64,000 nucleotides of DNA from Pelagibacterales bacterium SAG-MED15 (GCA_014654065.1 JACWDM010000004.1:31080-95079), one strand, 5' to 3'. Positions 39,716 through 49,530 are shown, counted from the first letter of the stretch. The notes: generated from the sequence alone by a model not told the origin. Numbers and translations: made by a program.

Positions 39716-40581
39716 TTATTCAAAACTCTTCCTGCTACTGTTTTAAGTTTATCTATAGTTTTTTTTGTTCTTTTCTCCGGTGATGTAATGATAGCAACAT
39801 CTAAACAATTATTTGTTGGATCCTTTGAATCTATATATTTTTCAAAATTCTCAATTAAATTTTTAATCATACTTTTAGCTTTTGAGGCATTTCCTAAAAG
39901 AACCTTAATAACTTGTTGGACGTCAACATTTTCATGATCTGGATGCCAACAATCATAATCCGTAACCATTGAGACAGAAGCATATCTTATTTCTGCCTCC
40001 CTTGCCAATTTAGCTTCTGGCATATTAGTCATACCTATAACATCTGCTTTCCATGATCTATATAAGTTAGATTCAGCTAATGTTGAGAATTGTGGTCCTT
40101 CCATAACAACATAAGTACCTCCTCTTTGATATTCTATTTCCTCTTTTTTAATTGCTTCTTCACAAGCATTCATTAAACCATTTGAAGTTGGGTGTGCCAT
40201 TGAAACATGAGCTACTATTTCGTCATCAAAAAAAGTTTTATTTCTTGCAAAAGTTCTATCTATAAACTGGTCGATAATTACAAATTTGCCTGGTTGGAGG
40301 TCTTCTTTTAAGGAACCAACTGCAGATATTGAGACAATATCAGTTACCCCAAGTTGCTTCAGAGAATCGATATTTGCTCTAAAATTAATCTTGGAAGGTG
40401 AAATATAATGTCCCTTTCCATGTCTTGGTAAAAAATAAACTTCTTTCTCCCTATAATTAGTTTTCAAGATTTTATCTGAGGGATTGCCCCATGGTGTTTT
40501 TATATTTAAAAACTCTCGATCTTTAAATTCTTCGATATCATAAAGACCACTACCACCAATAATAGCTAATTTGTTTGTCAT
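39712..40581 (-). CDS. mtnP: 5'-methylthioadenosine phosphorylase
   Basis: IIGGSGLY, PRHG, EGPQFST.AES, GMTNMPEAKLAREAE and VTDYDCW motifs. Confidence 0.96.
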   Translation of the reverse strand: MTNKLAIIGGSGLYDIEEFKDREFLNIKTPWGNPSDKILKTNYREKEVYFLPRHGKGHYISPSKINFRANIDSLKQLGVTDIVSISAVGSLKEDLQPGKFVIIDQFIDRTFARNKTFFDDEIVAHVSMAHPTSNGLMNACEEAIKKEEIEYQRGGTYVVMEGPQFSTLAESNLYRSWKADVIGMTNMPEAKLAREAEIRYASVSMVTDYDCWHPDHENVDVQQVIKVLLGNASKAKSMIKNLIENFEKYIDSKDPTNNCLDVAIITSPEKRTKKTIDKLKTVAGRVLNK

Positions 40582-40621
40582 ATTATTTAAAATGATTTAA
40601 TTATTTATAACTTATAAATTT

Positions 40622-41149
40622 ATGGATTTAAAAGATTATATTAGGTCAATTCCAAACTATCCTAAAAAGGGAATTTTATTTAGAGATATTACTACATTAA
40701 TTAAAGATGAAAAAGCATTTAGAGAAACAATTAATCAAATAATTGAAAAATCAAAAAAATTTAAAATAGATAAAATAGCTGCAATAGAGTCTAGAGGTTT
40801 TGTTTTTGCATCTGCAGTTGCGTATTTATTAAAAAAACCTTTTATAATGTTAAGAAAAAAGAACAAATTACCGGCAGAGACATACTCCACAGATTTTGAA
40901 TTAGAATATGGAACAGCAACTATCGAAGTCCACAAAGACTCAATTGAAAAAAACGATACGGTATTGATAATTGATGATTTAATCGCTACAGGAGGGACAG
41001 CAGAAGCTGCAGCAAAATTAATAGAAATGTCTGGTGGAGCAATTTCTGGATTTATATTTGTGATAAATCTTTACGATCTTGGTGGATCAGATAAATTAGT
41101 AAAATCTGGTTTTAAAGTAGAAAATTTAATAGATTTCCCAGGACACTAA
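40622..41149 (+). CDS. apt: Adenine phosphoribosyltransferase
   Basis: GILFRDIT, ESRGF, LEYG and IDDLIATGGT motifs. Confidence 0.97.
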   Translation: MDLKDYIRSIPNYPKKGILFRDITTLIKDEKAFRETINQIIEKSKKFKIDKIAAIESRGFVFASAVAYLLKKPFIMLRKKNKLPAETYSTDFELEYGTATIEVHKDSIEKNDTVLIIDDLIATGGTAEAAAKLIEMSGGAISGFIFVINLYDLGGSDKLVKSGFKVENLIDFPGH

Positions 41150-41151
41150 AA

Positions 41152-42036
41152 ATGGATATACTTAAGTTTATTTTGAAAATCTTTAATAAAAAAAAGTATC
41201 AAAATGAAAAAAATTTAAGTTTATATAATAAGTCATATAAAGATATTATTGAGACAATTAATCAAAAAATTCAAAATAATACAAAACTTAATTTTCTTCA
41301 TTCGGGTCACTTAGGGGATATAATAACTTCGCTTGCTGCAATTAAAAAAATCTCGTTATCTCACGAATGTAATTTATTTATCAATCTTAATAAAAAAATT
41401 GGCTATGATTATCACAATCATCCTGGAAAAGGTTTTTTTATGAATGAGGAGTTTTTTAATAAACTATATCCATTACTAAAGTGTCAAAATTATTTAAAGA
41501 GTATTCAAATTCACAAAAACGAATATATAGATATAAATCTAGATCACTTCAGAATTTTACCTGTTAAATTAATAAATCCTCCAAGATATTATTTTCATTT
41601 ATTGGGCCAAAAGGTAAACTTAAGTGAACCTTTTATTGATGTGGGTGAACATGATAAAATAAAAGATAAGATTGTAATAATACGATCTTTTAGATTCAGG
41701 AATGGCTTTATTAATTATAAATTTCTTCAAAACTACAATGATCTATTATTTATTGGTTTAAAAAATGAGTATGAAGATTTTATAAAAGACGTTCCAAATA
41801 CAGAATTTTATAATTGTAAAAACTTTCTTGAAATGGCCCAAATAATAAAATCTTCAAAATTTTTTATAGGAAATCAATCACTTGGGTATGCTATAGCGGA
41901 TGGTTTGAACGTTCCAAGGCTCCTTGAAAATTGTCCTGATTACTCAGCTGTTCAGCCTGAAGGAAAGCATGCTTATGATTTTTTTTACCAACCACACTTT
42001 GAAAAATGGTTCAAAGTTTTATTAGATAAAAAATAA
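41152..42036 (+). CDS. Hypothetical protein, divergent GT9-like
   Basis: HSGHLGDII and FFIGNQS...A.A motifs resemble the GT-B/GT9 nucleotide-sugar site. Confidence 0.55.
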   Translation: MDILKFILKIFNKKKYQNEKNLSLYNKSYKDIIETINQKIQNNTKLNFLHSGHLGDIITSLAAIKKISLSHECNLFINLNKKIGYDYHNHPGKGFFMNEEFFNKLYPLLKCQNYLKSIQIHKNEYIDINLDHFRILPVKLINPPRYYFHLLGQKVNLSEPFIDVGEHDKIKDKIVIIRSFRFRNGFINYKFLQNYNDLLFIGLKNEYEDFIKDVPNTEFYNCKNFLEMAQIIKSSKFFIGNQSLGYAIADGLNVPRLLENCPDYSAVQPEGKHAYDFFYQPHFEKWFKVLLDKK

Positions 42037-42039
42037 ATT

Positions 42040-42915
42040 TTATTTTAACTTGAACATTTCTTGAGCAGCTAAAAAGATATTTTTTTTTGGTCTCCAATTC
42101 AATAATTTCATTGCTTTTAAATTTTCTCCTTTTAAACAAGTAATTTTTTTAAATGAATTAAATTTATAAACCATTTTTAATTTGTTATTGTTTATTAGAT
42201 AGACTATTAGTTTATTTAAACTTGTGCATTTATTGGAACTTAAAACTAAATTATTAATTTTTTTATTACTAATAGATACTTTGTAAATAGCATTACAAAT
42301 ATCTTCTGCATGAGAAAAATCACCGTGAATATTTTTATTAATAATTCCTTGAATAAATTTTTTATTATTGTTTTTTAATGCAAATATAATTCTTGGAATT
42401 AAAAATTTTTTTTTTCTGTAAATAGAGTCATGGTTAAATAAAATTAGATTTGTATAATTTATTTTTAATTCATCTAAAAGCTTTATCGTTTCAATTCTAA
42501 ATCTTGTATAATGAGAGGTTATTTTATAATTAGAATTTTCATTTACCGTGCCATTCTTGACTTTAAATATTTGTGAGGAGTTTGCAAAAATAACTTTCAC
42601 TTTTGAATTAAAAAACTTCGCTTTAGTAACAATATTTTTTGTAAATCTTAAATTTTTTAAGTAAAATTTTTTAAAACTTTTTTCACCAAAAGATGGGTTG
42701 TTTGCAGCAAGGTGAATTATTACATCTGGTGGTTTTTTTGAAAAAAAATCATAGAAAACTTTTTCATTATTGATAAGTATTTTTTTTTGATTCTTGTTTA
42801 TTTTTTTATTTTTTTTATCATATAAAAAAAGTCTAAATTTTTTTTTTTTATAAAATTTTTTTGTTAAAATAATCCCGTCCTGTCCAAGACCACCCGTAAT
42901 ATAAATATTCTTCAT
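42040..42915 (-). CDS. NAD-dependent sugar epimerase/dehydratase/reductase (GDP-mannose dehydratase-like, divergent)
   Basis: ITGGLGQDG, HLAA, LFNHDS and DFSHAED motifs. Confidence 0.8.
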   Translation of the reverse strand: MKNIYITGGLGQDGIILTKKFYKKKKFRLFLYDKKNKKINKNQKKILINNEKVFYDFFSKKPPDVIIHLAANNPSFGEKSFKKFYLKNLRFTKNIVTKAKFFNSKVKVIFANSSQIFKVKNGTVNENSNYKITSHYTRFRIETIKLLDELKINYTNLILFNHDSIYRKKKFLIPRIIFALKNNNKKFIQGIINKNIHGDFSHAEDICNAIYKVSISNKKINNLVLSSNKCTSLNKLIVYLINNNKLKMVYKFNSFKKITCLKGENLKAMKLLNWRPKKNIFLAAQEMFKLK

Positions 42916-44141
42916 CAGATAATTTTTAAGGTTGGCAAGGGAAATATAAACTTAGTTCCCTTTTTCCTCACTTCTTTTTCTCTTAATAAAATTTCTTTTT
43001 TAAAATGCCATGCTAATACAAGATAATAGCTTGGCTTTAAATTTCTTGATAATTTTTCAGAAATTATTTTAATTTTTGTTCCAGGTGTATATAAATTTTG
43101 CTTTAAAGGATTTCTGTCAGATATATAATCAATTTTTTTATTGTTTAAATTAAAATATTGTAAGAGTACATTACCTTTAGTAGATGCTGCATAACCGTGA
43201 ATAATTTTTTTTTCTTTTTTAATTTTAACAATTAAATTATTTAAACTTTTTTTACATTGGTCAATTTTATTTTTAAATTTTATATATGTTGATCTGCTAT
43301 GAATATTAGCTTTACTCTCATTTTGAAGGATTTTATTTATTTTAATTTTATTAGTTTTATATACTGAGTCCTTATGGCATATAAAATATGATGAACTGCC
43401 TCCATTAATCTCATTATATTTATGATCGAAGAGTCTTAGGTTATGTTTCCTCAATATATTATTAATAAATGTTACTGAATAATATTCAAGATGTTCATGG
43501 CAAATAGTATCAAACATATTATTTTTAATAATTTTAAGTAGATCCTGAAATTCTAAATAAAATATTCCATTTTTATCAAGTAATTTATTTATTGCGTTTA
43601 GAAATATATTTGGATCTTCTAAATCATAAAAAACTGCCAATGCTGTAATAATTTTAAATTTTACTTTTTTATTTATTCTATTAATGCTTTTTAAATTAAA
43701 GAAATCATTCACACCGTAATCGATTTTATTATAATTTTTTTTATATTTATTTAGTATTGGGTCAATTCCCCAGCTAATTGTTTTTTTGTTATAGAAACTT
43801 AATAAAGTACCATCATTACTTGCAATGTCTAAAACATTATCATTTTTTTTAATTTTAACTTTTTTTTGTAAATTTTTCACAACATCATGAACATGTTTAG
43901 TCATTGTTCTATTAACGCCAGTTCTATAACCGTAATCTTTATTATATAAATATTTCAGACTAAAATTTTTATTTAATTGAACTAATTTACATTTATTGCA
44001 CATCACTAAAGTAATTTCTCCAAAAGGAACATTTTGTTTTTTTGATGGAAATTTTCCAGTAAATCTTAGTTTGCCAAGACTAAACAAATTAATTAAATTT
44101 TTACTTTTACAGTTTCTACATTTTTCAATTTTTTTTGACAT
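42915..44141 (-). CDS. NDP-sugar C-methyltransferase family
   Basis: CRNC...C.KC.LVQL Zn site, DIASNDGTLL, DTICHEHLEYYS, GYAASTKGN and LAWHF motifs. Confidence 0.88.
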   Translation of the reverse strand: MSKKIEKCRNCKSKNLINLFSLGKLRFTGKFPSKKQNVPFGEITLVMCNKCKLVQLNKNFSLKYLYNKDYGYRTGVNRTMTKHVHDVVKNLQKKVKIKKNDNVLDIASNDGTLLSFYNKKTISWGIDPILNKYKKNYNKIDYGVNDFFNLKSINRINKKVKFKIITALAVFYDLEDPNIFLNAINKLLDKNGIFYLEFQDLLKIIKNNMFDTICHEHLEYYSVTFINNILRKHNLRLFDHKYNEINGGSSSYFICHKDSVYKTNKIKINKILQNESKANIHSRSTYIKFKNKIDQCKKSLNNLIVKIKKEKKIIHGYAASTKGNVLLQYFNLNNKKIDYISDRNPLKQNLYTPGTKIKIISEKLSRNLKPSYYLVLAWHFKKEILLREKEVRKKGTKFIFPLPTLKII

Positions 44142-44988
44142 TCTCACCTTCTAATCGCATATATGAACTCTTTCCAAGAATAGAATTTAAAGTTCCTAAA
44201 AATCTCATCTTATACACTTTTTTTTTAAAGTTATTAAATAATATTGAGTAGTAAATAAACTTAATTAGTGATGAAAAAAAATTAGGAGTTACCTTTAATA
44301 ATGCGAAAACAAAACCGTTGTGTTTTTTATTAAAATAAAATTTAGACCACATCCAGTGCCAATTCCTTAAATATTCTAATTGTTGATTCTTTGAAATGCT
44401 TCCTTTATGATTGATTAAAGCGTTCTTAATTATATAAATATTTTGCATTTTTTTTTTCACTCTAAGGCACAGATCATCATTTTCAAGATATAAAAAAAAA
44501 TTTTCATCAAAAAAATCTTTTGTTTCAAATTTTGACAAATTAAATAACATTGAAAATCCATCTATTCTATCAACTGATAAAATGTTTTTGCTCTCAAAAT
44601 TAGTGTCTATTATCTTATAATTTGGTATTCTAATATTATCATTTAATGGAGAGGCTAAAGTGAAATCACCTACATTAGATAATTCATCTAGCAAATTTTT
44701 AAGAGTATCTTTTTTTAGTTTTGTATCAGGATTTAAGACGTATGCACATTGTGAGTGGCAAGATTTTAAACCAATATTGTTTCCAGCTCCCATTCCAGTA
44801 TTTTTAGACATAATCACCTCAATATTGTCATATTTACTGATTAAATCTTTTTTCAGATTAATGTTATTTGAATTTTCTACTATAATTTTTTTGGTTTCAT
44901 TGGGGAGTGTGTCTAGACAATCATAAAGTGTTGACTCGCTTTTGTAAGAAACTATGACAAATGTTATATCTGTAATTTTCAGGTTCAT
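44125..44988 (-). CDS. Glycosyltransferase family 2 (rhamnosyltransferase-like)
   Basis: IVSYKS, N.GMGAGNN, LNPD and FDENFFLYLENDDLC motifs. Confidence 0.88.
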   Translation of the reverse strand: MNLKITDITFVIVSYKSESTLYDCLDTLPNETKKIIVENSNNINLKKDLISKYDNIEVIMSKNTGMGAGNNIGLKSCHSQCAYVLNPDTKLKKDTLKNLLDELSNVGDFTLASPLNDNIRIPNYKIIDTNFESKNILSVDRIDGFSMLFNLSKFETKDFFDENFFLYLENDDLCLRVKKKMQNIYIIKNALINHKGSISKNQQLEYLRNWHWMWSKFYFNKKHNGFVFALLKVTPNFFSSLIKFIYYSILFNNFKKKVYKMRFLGTLNSILGKSSYMRLEGENVKKN

Positions 44989-45035
44989 TAAATATTTAAA
45001 GTATACTTAAATAGACTAATATTGTAAAAAAAATT

Positions 45036-46061
45036 ATGAAAAAAGTTTTAGTTACTGGAGGTTTGGGCTTCATAGGAAGCAACCTAATAAAAGTTCTTTT
45101 ATCAAAAAATTATTTTGTCATTAATTTAGATAACTTGAGCTATTCTGCAAATTTTTATAATTCTAAGGATTTCTATCATTCTAAAAAATATAAGTTTATA
45201 AAATGTGATCTTAATAACAAAAGCAAAATTTTCACTATATTAAACAGATTTAAACCTAAAACTATTTTTAATCTTGCTGCAGAAACTCACGTAGATAGAT
45301 CTATTGATGGACCTGAAAGCTTTATTAAAAGTAATATTTTTGGAGTATTTAATTTACTACAATCTTTTAGAAAATATATTTTAAAAAACAAAAATTCAAA
45401 ATTAGTTCATATATCTACTGACGAGGTTTATGGTGATGTCTTATTTGGAAGGTCAAAAGAAAATGACGCATACTCACCAAGCTCCCCGTATGCTGCCTCA
45501 AAAGCATCCTCTGATCATTTAGTATCATCATATGTAAGAACTTATAATATTCCAGCAATTATAACTAATTGCTCAAATAATTATGGACCAAGACAACATC
45601 CAGAAAAACTAATTCCAAAATTGATTTATAATATTTTAAATAATAAGAGTTTACCTATTTATGGAAAAGGACTCAATTCAAGAGAGTGGATATATGTTGA
45701 CGATCATTGTGAAGCTTTAATCAAAGTTTCAGAGAAAGGCAAAGTTGGAAATTTTTATAATATTGGTTCAAATTTAAATTTGAATAATTTATCTATAACT
45801 AAAAATTTATTAAAAATTGCAAAAAGCAAAATTAATATTGGTAAAAATGTAAAAATTAAATTTGTAAAAGATAGACCTGGTCATGATTTAAGATATGCCT
45901 TGAATAGTAATAAAATCATAAAAATGTTAAAATGGGAACCTAAAATTAGTATATCAACGGGACTAAAAAAGACTTTTGATTGGTATTTAAAAAACCCTGG
46001 TTATTATTCAAAATTAAAAAAAAGAGATATAACTAAAAGAATGGGGAATAAACTCAAATGA
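45036..46061 (+). CDS. rfbB: dTDP-glucose 4,6-dehydratase
   Basis: AAETHVDRSI, HISTDEVYG, PYAASKA and DRPGHD.RY motifs. Confidence 0.96.
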   Translation: MKKVLVTGGLGFIGSNLIKVLLSKNYFVINLDNLSYSANFYNSKDFYHSKKYKFIKCDLNNKSKIFTILNRFKPKTIFNLAAETHVDRSIDGPESFIKSNIFGVFNLLQSFRKYILKNKNSKLVHISTDEVYGDVLFGRSKENDAYSPSSPYAASKASSDHLVSSYVRTYNIPAIITNCSNNYGPRQHPEKLIPKLIYNILNNKSLPIYGKGLNSREWIYVDDHCEALIKVSEKGKVGNFYNIGSNLNLNNLSITKNLLKIAKSKINIGKNVKIKFVKDRPGHDLRYALNSNKIIKMLKWEPKISISTGLKKTFDWYLKNPGYYSKLKKRDITKRMGNKLK

Positions 46062-46924
46062 TAAAAAAAGGTATAATACTTGCTGGTGGAAAAGGCACAA
46101 GAATGAGCCCTTTAACAAAAGCTGTGAACAAGCAATTGTTACCAATTTATGACAAACCACTAATATTTTATCCACTCTCAGTTTTAATGTTAGCAAAAAT
46201 AAGAGATATTCTAATAATAGTAAATAAAGGCCAATTAAATCAATACAAAAAAATTATTCCCAACGGAAATAATCTTGGTATTAAAATAACTTATCTGGAG
46301 CAATCTTACCCGAAAGGCTTACCTGATGCTTTTATTTTGGGAGAAAAATTTATTGGTAAAGAAAATGTATCATTAATTCTCGGTGATAATTTTTTTTATG
46401 GACAAAATTTTACAAAACAACTTGAAAAAAATACAAAATTAAAAAAAGGTGCAAGAATTATTTTACATAAAGTAAATAAACCTGAGCTTTATGGAGTAGC
46501 AAAAATAAATAAAAATAAAGTTTTAAAAATTCAGGAAAAACCAAAAAAATTTTTGTCTGATTTAGCAATAACAGGTTTATATTTTTTTGACAATAAAGTT
46601 GTAAGATATGCAAAAGAGCTTAAACCATCCAAAAGAGGTGAAATCGAAATAGTTGATTTGATAAATAAATATAAAAAAAATAATAATTTATCTGCTGATA
46701 TAATAGGTCGTGGAGGAGCGTGGCTTGATACGGGTTCTATTGAAGACTTTTATAAAACGAGTGCATTTGTCTCCGCAATTGAAAATAGACAAGGTTTTAA
46801 GATAGCTTGCTTAGAGGAAATAGCTCTGAATAATGGATGGATTAAAAAACTCGAAATTCAAAATGCAATAAATTTTTATGGTAATTGTGATTATTCTAAT
46901 TACTTAAAAAGAATATCTCGATGA
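46058..46924 (+). CDS. rfbA: Glucose-1-phosphate thymidylyltransferase
   Basis: GIILAGGKGTR, KQLLPIYDKP, LGDNFFYG and WLDTG motifs. Confidence 0.95.
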   Translation: MIKKGIILAGGKGTRMSPLTKAVNKQLLPIYDKPLIFYPLSVLMLAKIRDILIIVNKGQLNQYKKIIPNGNNLGIKITYLEQSYPKGLPDAFILGEKFIGKENVSLILGDNFFYGQNFTKQLEKNTKLKKGARIILHKVNKPELYGVAKINKNKVLKIQEKPKKFLSDLAITGLYFFDNKVVRYAKELKPSKRGEIEIVDLINKYKKNNNLSADIIGRGGAWLDTGSIEDFYKTSAFVSAIENRQGFKIACLEEIALNNGWIKKLEIQNAINFYGNCDYSNYLKRISR

Positions 46925-46979
46925 ATCGAAAAAATTATAGAATTAAACAGCTTATCTTTAATTAAATTAAAAAATCTTA

Positions 46980-47681
46980 TTAAAATATCCTTTTATAAAA
47001 CTTAATTAATATTAATTTAATTAAAAAATATATTATTTTATTACTCATTTTACTAAAACCCTCTCCTCTTGAATTAAAATTAATTTGTACGTCGCAGATT
47101 TTTACTTTTTTTGTGGTTGAATAAATTAAATCTAGTAAAATTTTATATCCTTTCTTTGATAATTTTTTTTTATTAAGGATATATATTTTTTTTTTGAAAG
47201 CAAAAAAACCACTCATTGGGTCATTAGTTTTAAAGCCCAAAAAAGTATTTACTATAAAAATTAATATTATTGAGGATAATAACCTATATAATTTTAGTCC
47301 CTTATTTTTTTTTTTTAAAAGAGCCCTGTCTCCTATTACAAAATCATAATTTTTTTTAATTTTATTATAAAGTTTGTTTATTTCCTCTGGTCTATGCTGG
47401 AGATCGCCATCCATAACTAAAATATTTTCAAATTTTGATAAATCAAATCCCATACAACATGATTTAGATAAATCCCTAGGTTTTTTTTTTCTAATAAAAA
47501 ATCTAAGTATTTTAAACTTTGATTTTAATTTCTTAAGAATTTCTATTGATCCATCCTTTGAGTTATCGTCAATTACGATAATCTCAAAATTTTTTTCTTT
47601 AACAGATTTACATATTCGAGTTATTAGGTCTTTAAGATTTTTTTTCTCTTTATAAACCGGTATTACTATTGATAGTCCCAT
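46980..47681 (-). CDS. GT2 polyprenol-phosphate glycosyltransferase (DPM1-like)
   Basis: IDDNSKDGS, MDGDLQHRPE, DPMSGFF and GYKILL motifs. Confidence 0.88.
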   Translation of the reverse strand: MGLSIVIPVYKEKKNLKDLITRICKSVKEKNFEIIVIDDNSKDGSIEILKKLKSKFKILRFFIRKKKPRDLSKSCCMGFDLSKFENILVMDGDLQHRPEEINKLYNKIKKNYDFVIGDRALLKKKNKGLKLYRLLSSIILIFIVNTFLGFKTNDPMSGFFAFKKKIYILNKKKLSKKGYKILLDLIYSTTKKVKICDVQINFNSRGEGFSKMSNKIIYFLIKLILIKFYKRIF

Positions 47682-47686
47682 AATTT

Positions 47687-47763
47687 TGGTAGCGGGAAGT
47701 GGGATCGAACCACTGACCTCGGGCTTATGAGTCCCGCGCTCTAACCAACTGAGCTACCCCGCC
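47687..47763 (-). tRNA. tRNA-Met(CAT), elongator type
   Basis: Reverse complement GGCGGGGTAGCTCAGTTGGTTAGAGCGCGGGACTCATAAGCCCGAGGTCAGTGGTTCGATCCCACTTCCCGCTACCA: cloverleaf, CAT anticodon, G1-U72 pair (not the initiator mismatch), encoded CCA. Confidence 0.93.
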
Positions 47764-47798
47764 ATTAAATTTGTATTGATATATACTACTTTTTATTT

Positions 47799-48596
47799 TT
47801 ACTCAATCCAACTTGAAAAAGTTGAAATATTATTTTTGATATAACTAGGAAATGTATCGTCTATTTCAACCTTTTTTAATTTAATGTCGGGATTAATAAA
47901 AAATTCTTTTAATTTAATACTGTTTTCAATTTTTTTAATATCGGTTTTACCTGATAGTTCGCCATGACCATAAGACTCCATTTTTTTTATTATTTCTTTT
48001 GGTGTCTTTAAAAAGGAAAAATGCCATCCACCATTATCAATTGTTTGAGTTTGAAATAATAATCTTCTTAGAAAGCCTCTTCTCATAAATCGTTTGTTTC
48101 TAAGCCACTGAGGTGATTTTAAATATTTTTTATAGCAGGCGCCAGTGCCTAACCATATATTTTCACTTTGCAAATTAAGCTTATAATAGAAATTTCTTTG
48201 TTTAAGTAATGCATATTTTTTAATTTTATTTTTATTAATTGCATCAAAATTTGGTATCTCATCTACATCAGAAATAAGTATAAGATCATCTGGATCACAC
48301 TTATCTAGAGTTTTGGAAATAGAATCTCTATGGAAGTTTTCTCTATAAAAATTTGGACTCCACCCTTTTTTATAATTTTTAACCTCTTTTGGAATGTCTT
48401 CTACTACATGATAAATTATTTTATCTTTAAATTTTTTAAAGTTATTGATATCAAAATTGAGTTTTTTTTGATTTCCTGAATGATCTCTTGTTGCTTCTAC
48501 TATAACAAACTTGTCAACATGATCATTTAATATATTAAGTCTAATATCTAACATTAAATTCTCATCAAAAAAAATACAACAATCATAAACTTTCAT
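47799..48596 (-). CDS. Glycosyltransferase family 17-like protein
   Basis: YDC..FFDE..ML..R, ISDVDEIP and GGWHFS motifs. Confidence 0.82.
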   Translation of the reverse strand: MKVYDCCIFFDENLMLDIRLNILNDHVDKFVIVEATRDHSGNQKKLNFDINNFKKFKDKIIYHVVEDIPKEVKNYKKGWSPNFYRENFHRDSISKTLDKCDPDDLILISDVDEIPNFDAINKNKIKKYALLKQRNFYYKLNLQSENIWLGTGACYKKYLKSPQWLRNKRFMRRGFLRRLLFQTQTIDNGGWHFSFLKTPKEIIKKMESYGHGELSGKTDIKKIENSIKLKEFFINPDIKLKKVEIDDTFPSYIKNNISTFSSWIE

Positions 48597-48598
48597 AT

Positions 48599-49474
48599 TT
48601 ATCTAAACCAATTCTTAAATTTATCTTTATTTCTAATTAAATATTCTGGCAGAAAATCGTCATTAATTTTTTTTAATTTGTAATTAAAATTCCATTTATT
48701 AAGATCTTTCTGATCGGCAAAATGATTATAGAAAACGATACCTTCATCTATATAACTTTTTAATTTTTCAATGGTGATCTTGCTTTCCTTAAACTCATCG
48801 TGGTGTCCAAAATTTTCAAATTTTTCTAGTAGCTCTTTAGGGCTTTTAAGATTCGTGAAATGCCATCCACCATCTTTAATTATTTCAATATCTATCATTT
48901 TATTCTTTGAAAAATAGGTGTCTATTCTCCAGAACGGATATTTTTTTGTTTTAAGATTATTTAACCACGAAAAGGATTTTAAAGACTTTTTTTTACAAGC
49001 TTTCGATCCATACCATGGTAAGAGATCATAAAACAAATTGAATTTATAATAAAAAAATAATTGCCTAAATAAAATAACCTTTTTTTTGCTTTTTAAAAAA
49101 GATTTTGAATCTAAATTTGGTATCTCATCATTATCACTGAGAATTATTAAATCATCCTCCGCCACATCTTTTACAGCTTGTTTCATATAATTATAAGATA
49201 ATTCAATTCTTTTAATGCTATTTAATCTCTTGCTTATATTGTCATTTTCAGTTTCTATTAAATCATTTGGTTCCTTATCTATTACGAGGTAAATTATTTT
49301 ATTTTTATATTTTGGATAGTTTTTTATATCAAAATTTAGTTTTTTCTTTTTTCCACTATGTGAATATATAGACTCGGTTACTATAAATTTTTCGACATAT
49401 TTATCTAGAATGCTAAATCTAACATCCATCATCATATGTTCAGAGTAAAATGTTGTACAATCGTAAATTTTCAT
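48599..49474 (-). CDS. Glycosyltransferase family 17-like protein (paralogue)
   Basis: YDCTTFYSE, LSDNDEIP, GGWHFT and H.E motifs. Confidence 0.82.
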   Translation of the reverse strand: MKIYDCTTFYSEHMMMDVRFSILDKYVEKFIVTESIYSHSGKKKKLNFDIKNYPKYKNKIIYLVIDKEPNDLIETENDNISKRLNSIKRIELSYNYMKQAVKDVAEDDLIILSDNDEIPNLDSKSFLKSKKKVILFRQLFFYYKFNLFYDLLPWYGSKACKKKSLKSFSWLNNLKTKKYPFWRIDTYFSKNKMIDIEIIKDGGWHFTNLKSPKELLEKFENFGHHDEFKESKITIEKLKSYIDEGIVFYNHFADQKDLNKWNFNYKLKKINDDFLPEYLIRNKDKFKNWFR

Positions 49475-49530
49475 TTAGTTTTTAAAATAATGAATTAATA
49501 TCAATTTTAGTTTAACAAATATATTAATAA

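Noticed and set aside
38820..47316. 12-nt poly-T tracts (38820, 42838, 47305) as phase-variation sites
   Set aside because: They are in-frame Lys codon runs, also present in housekeeping mtnA, and expected at this AT content; no frameshift seen
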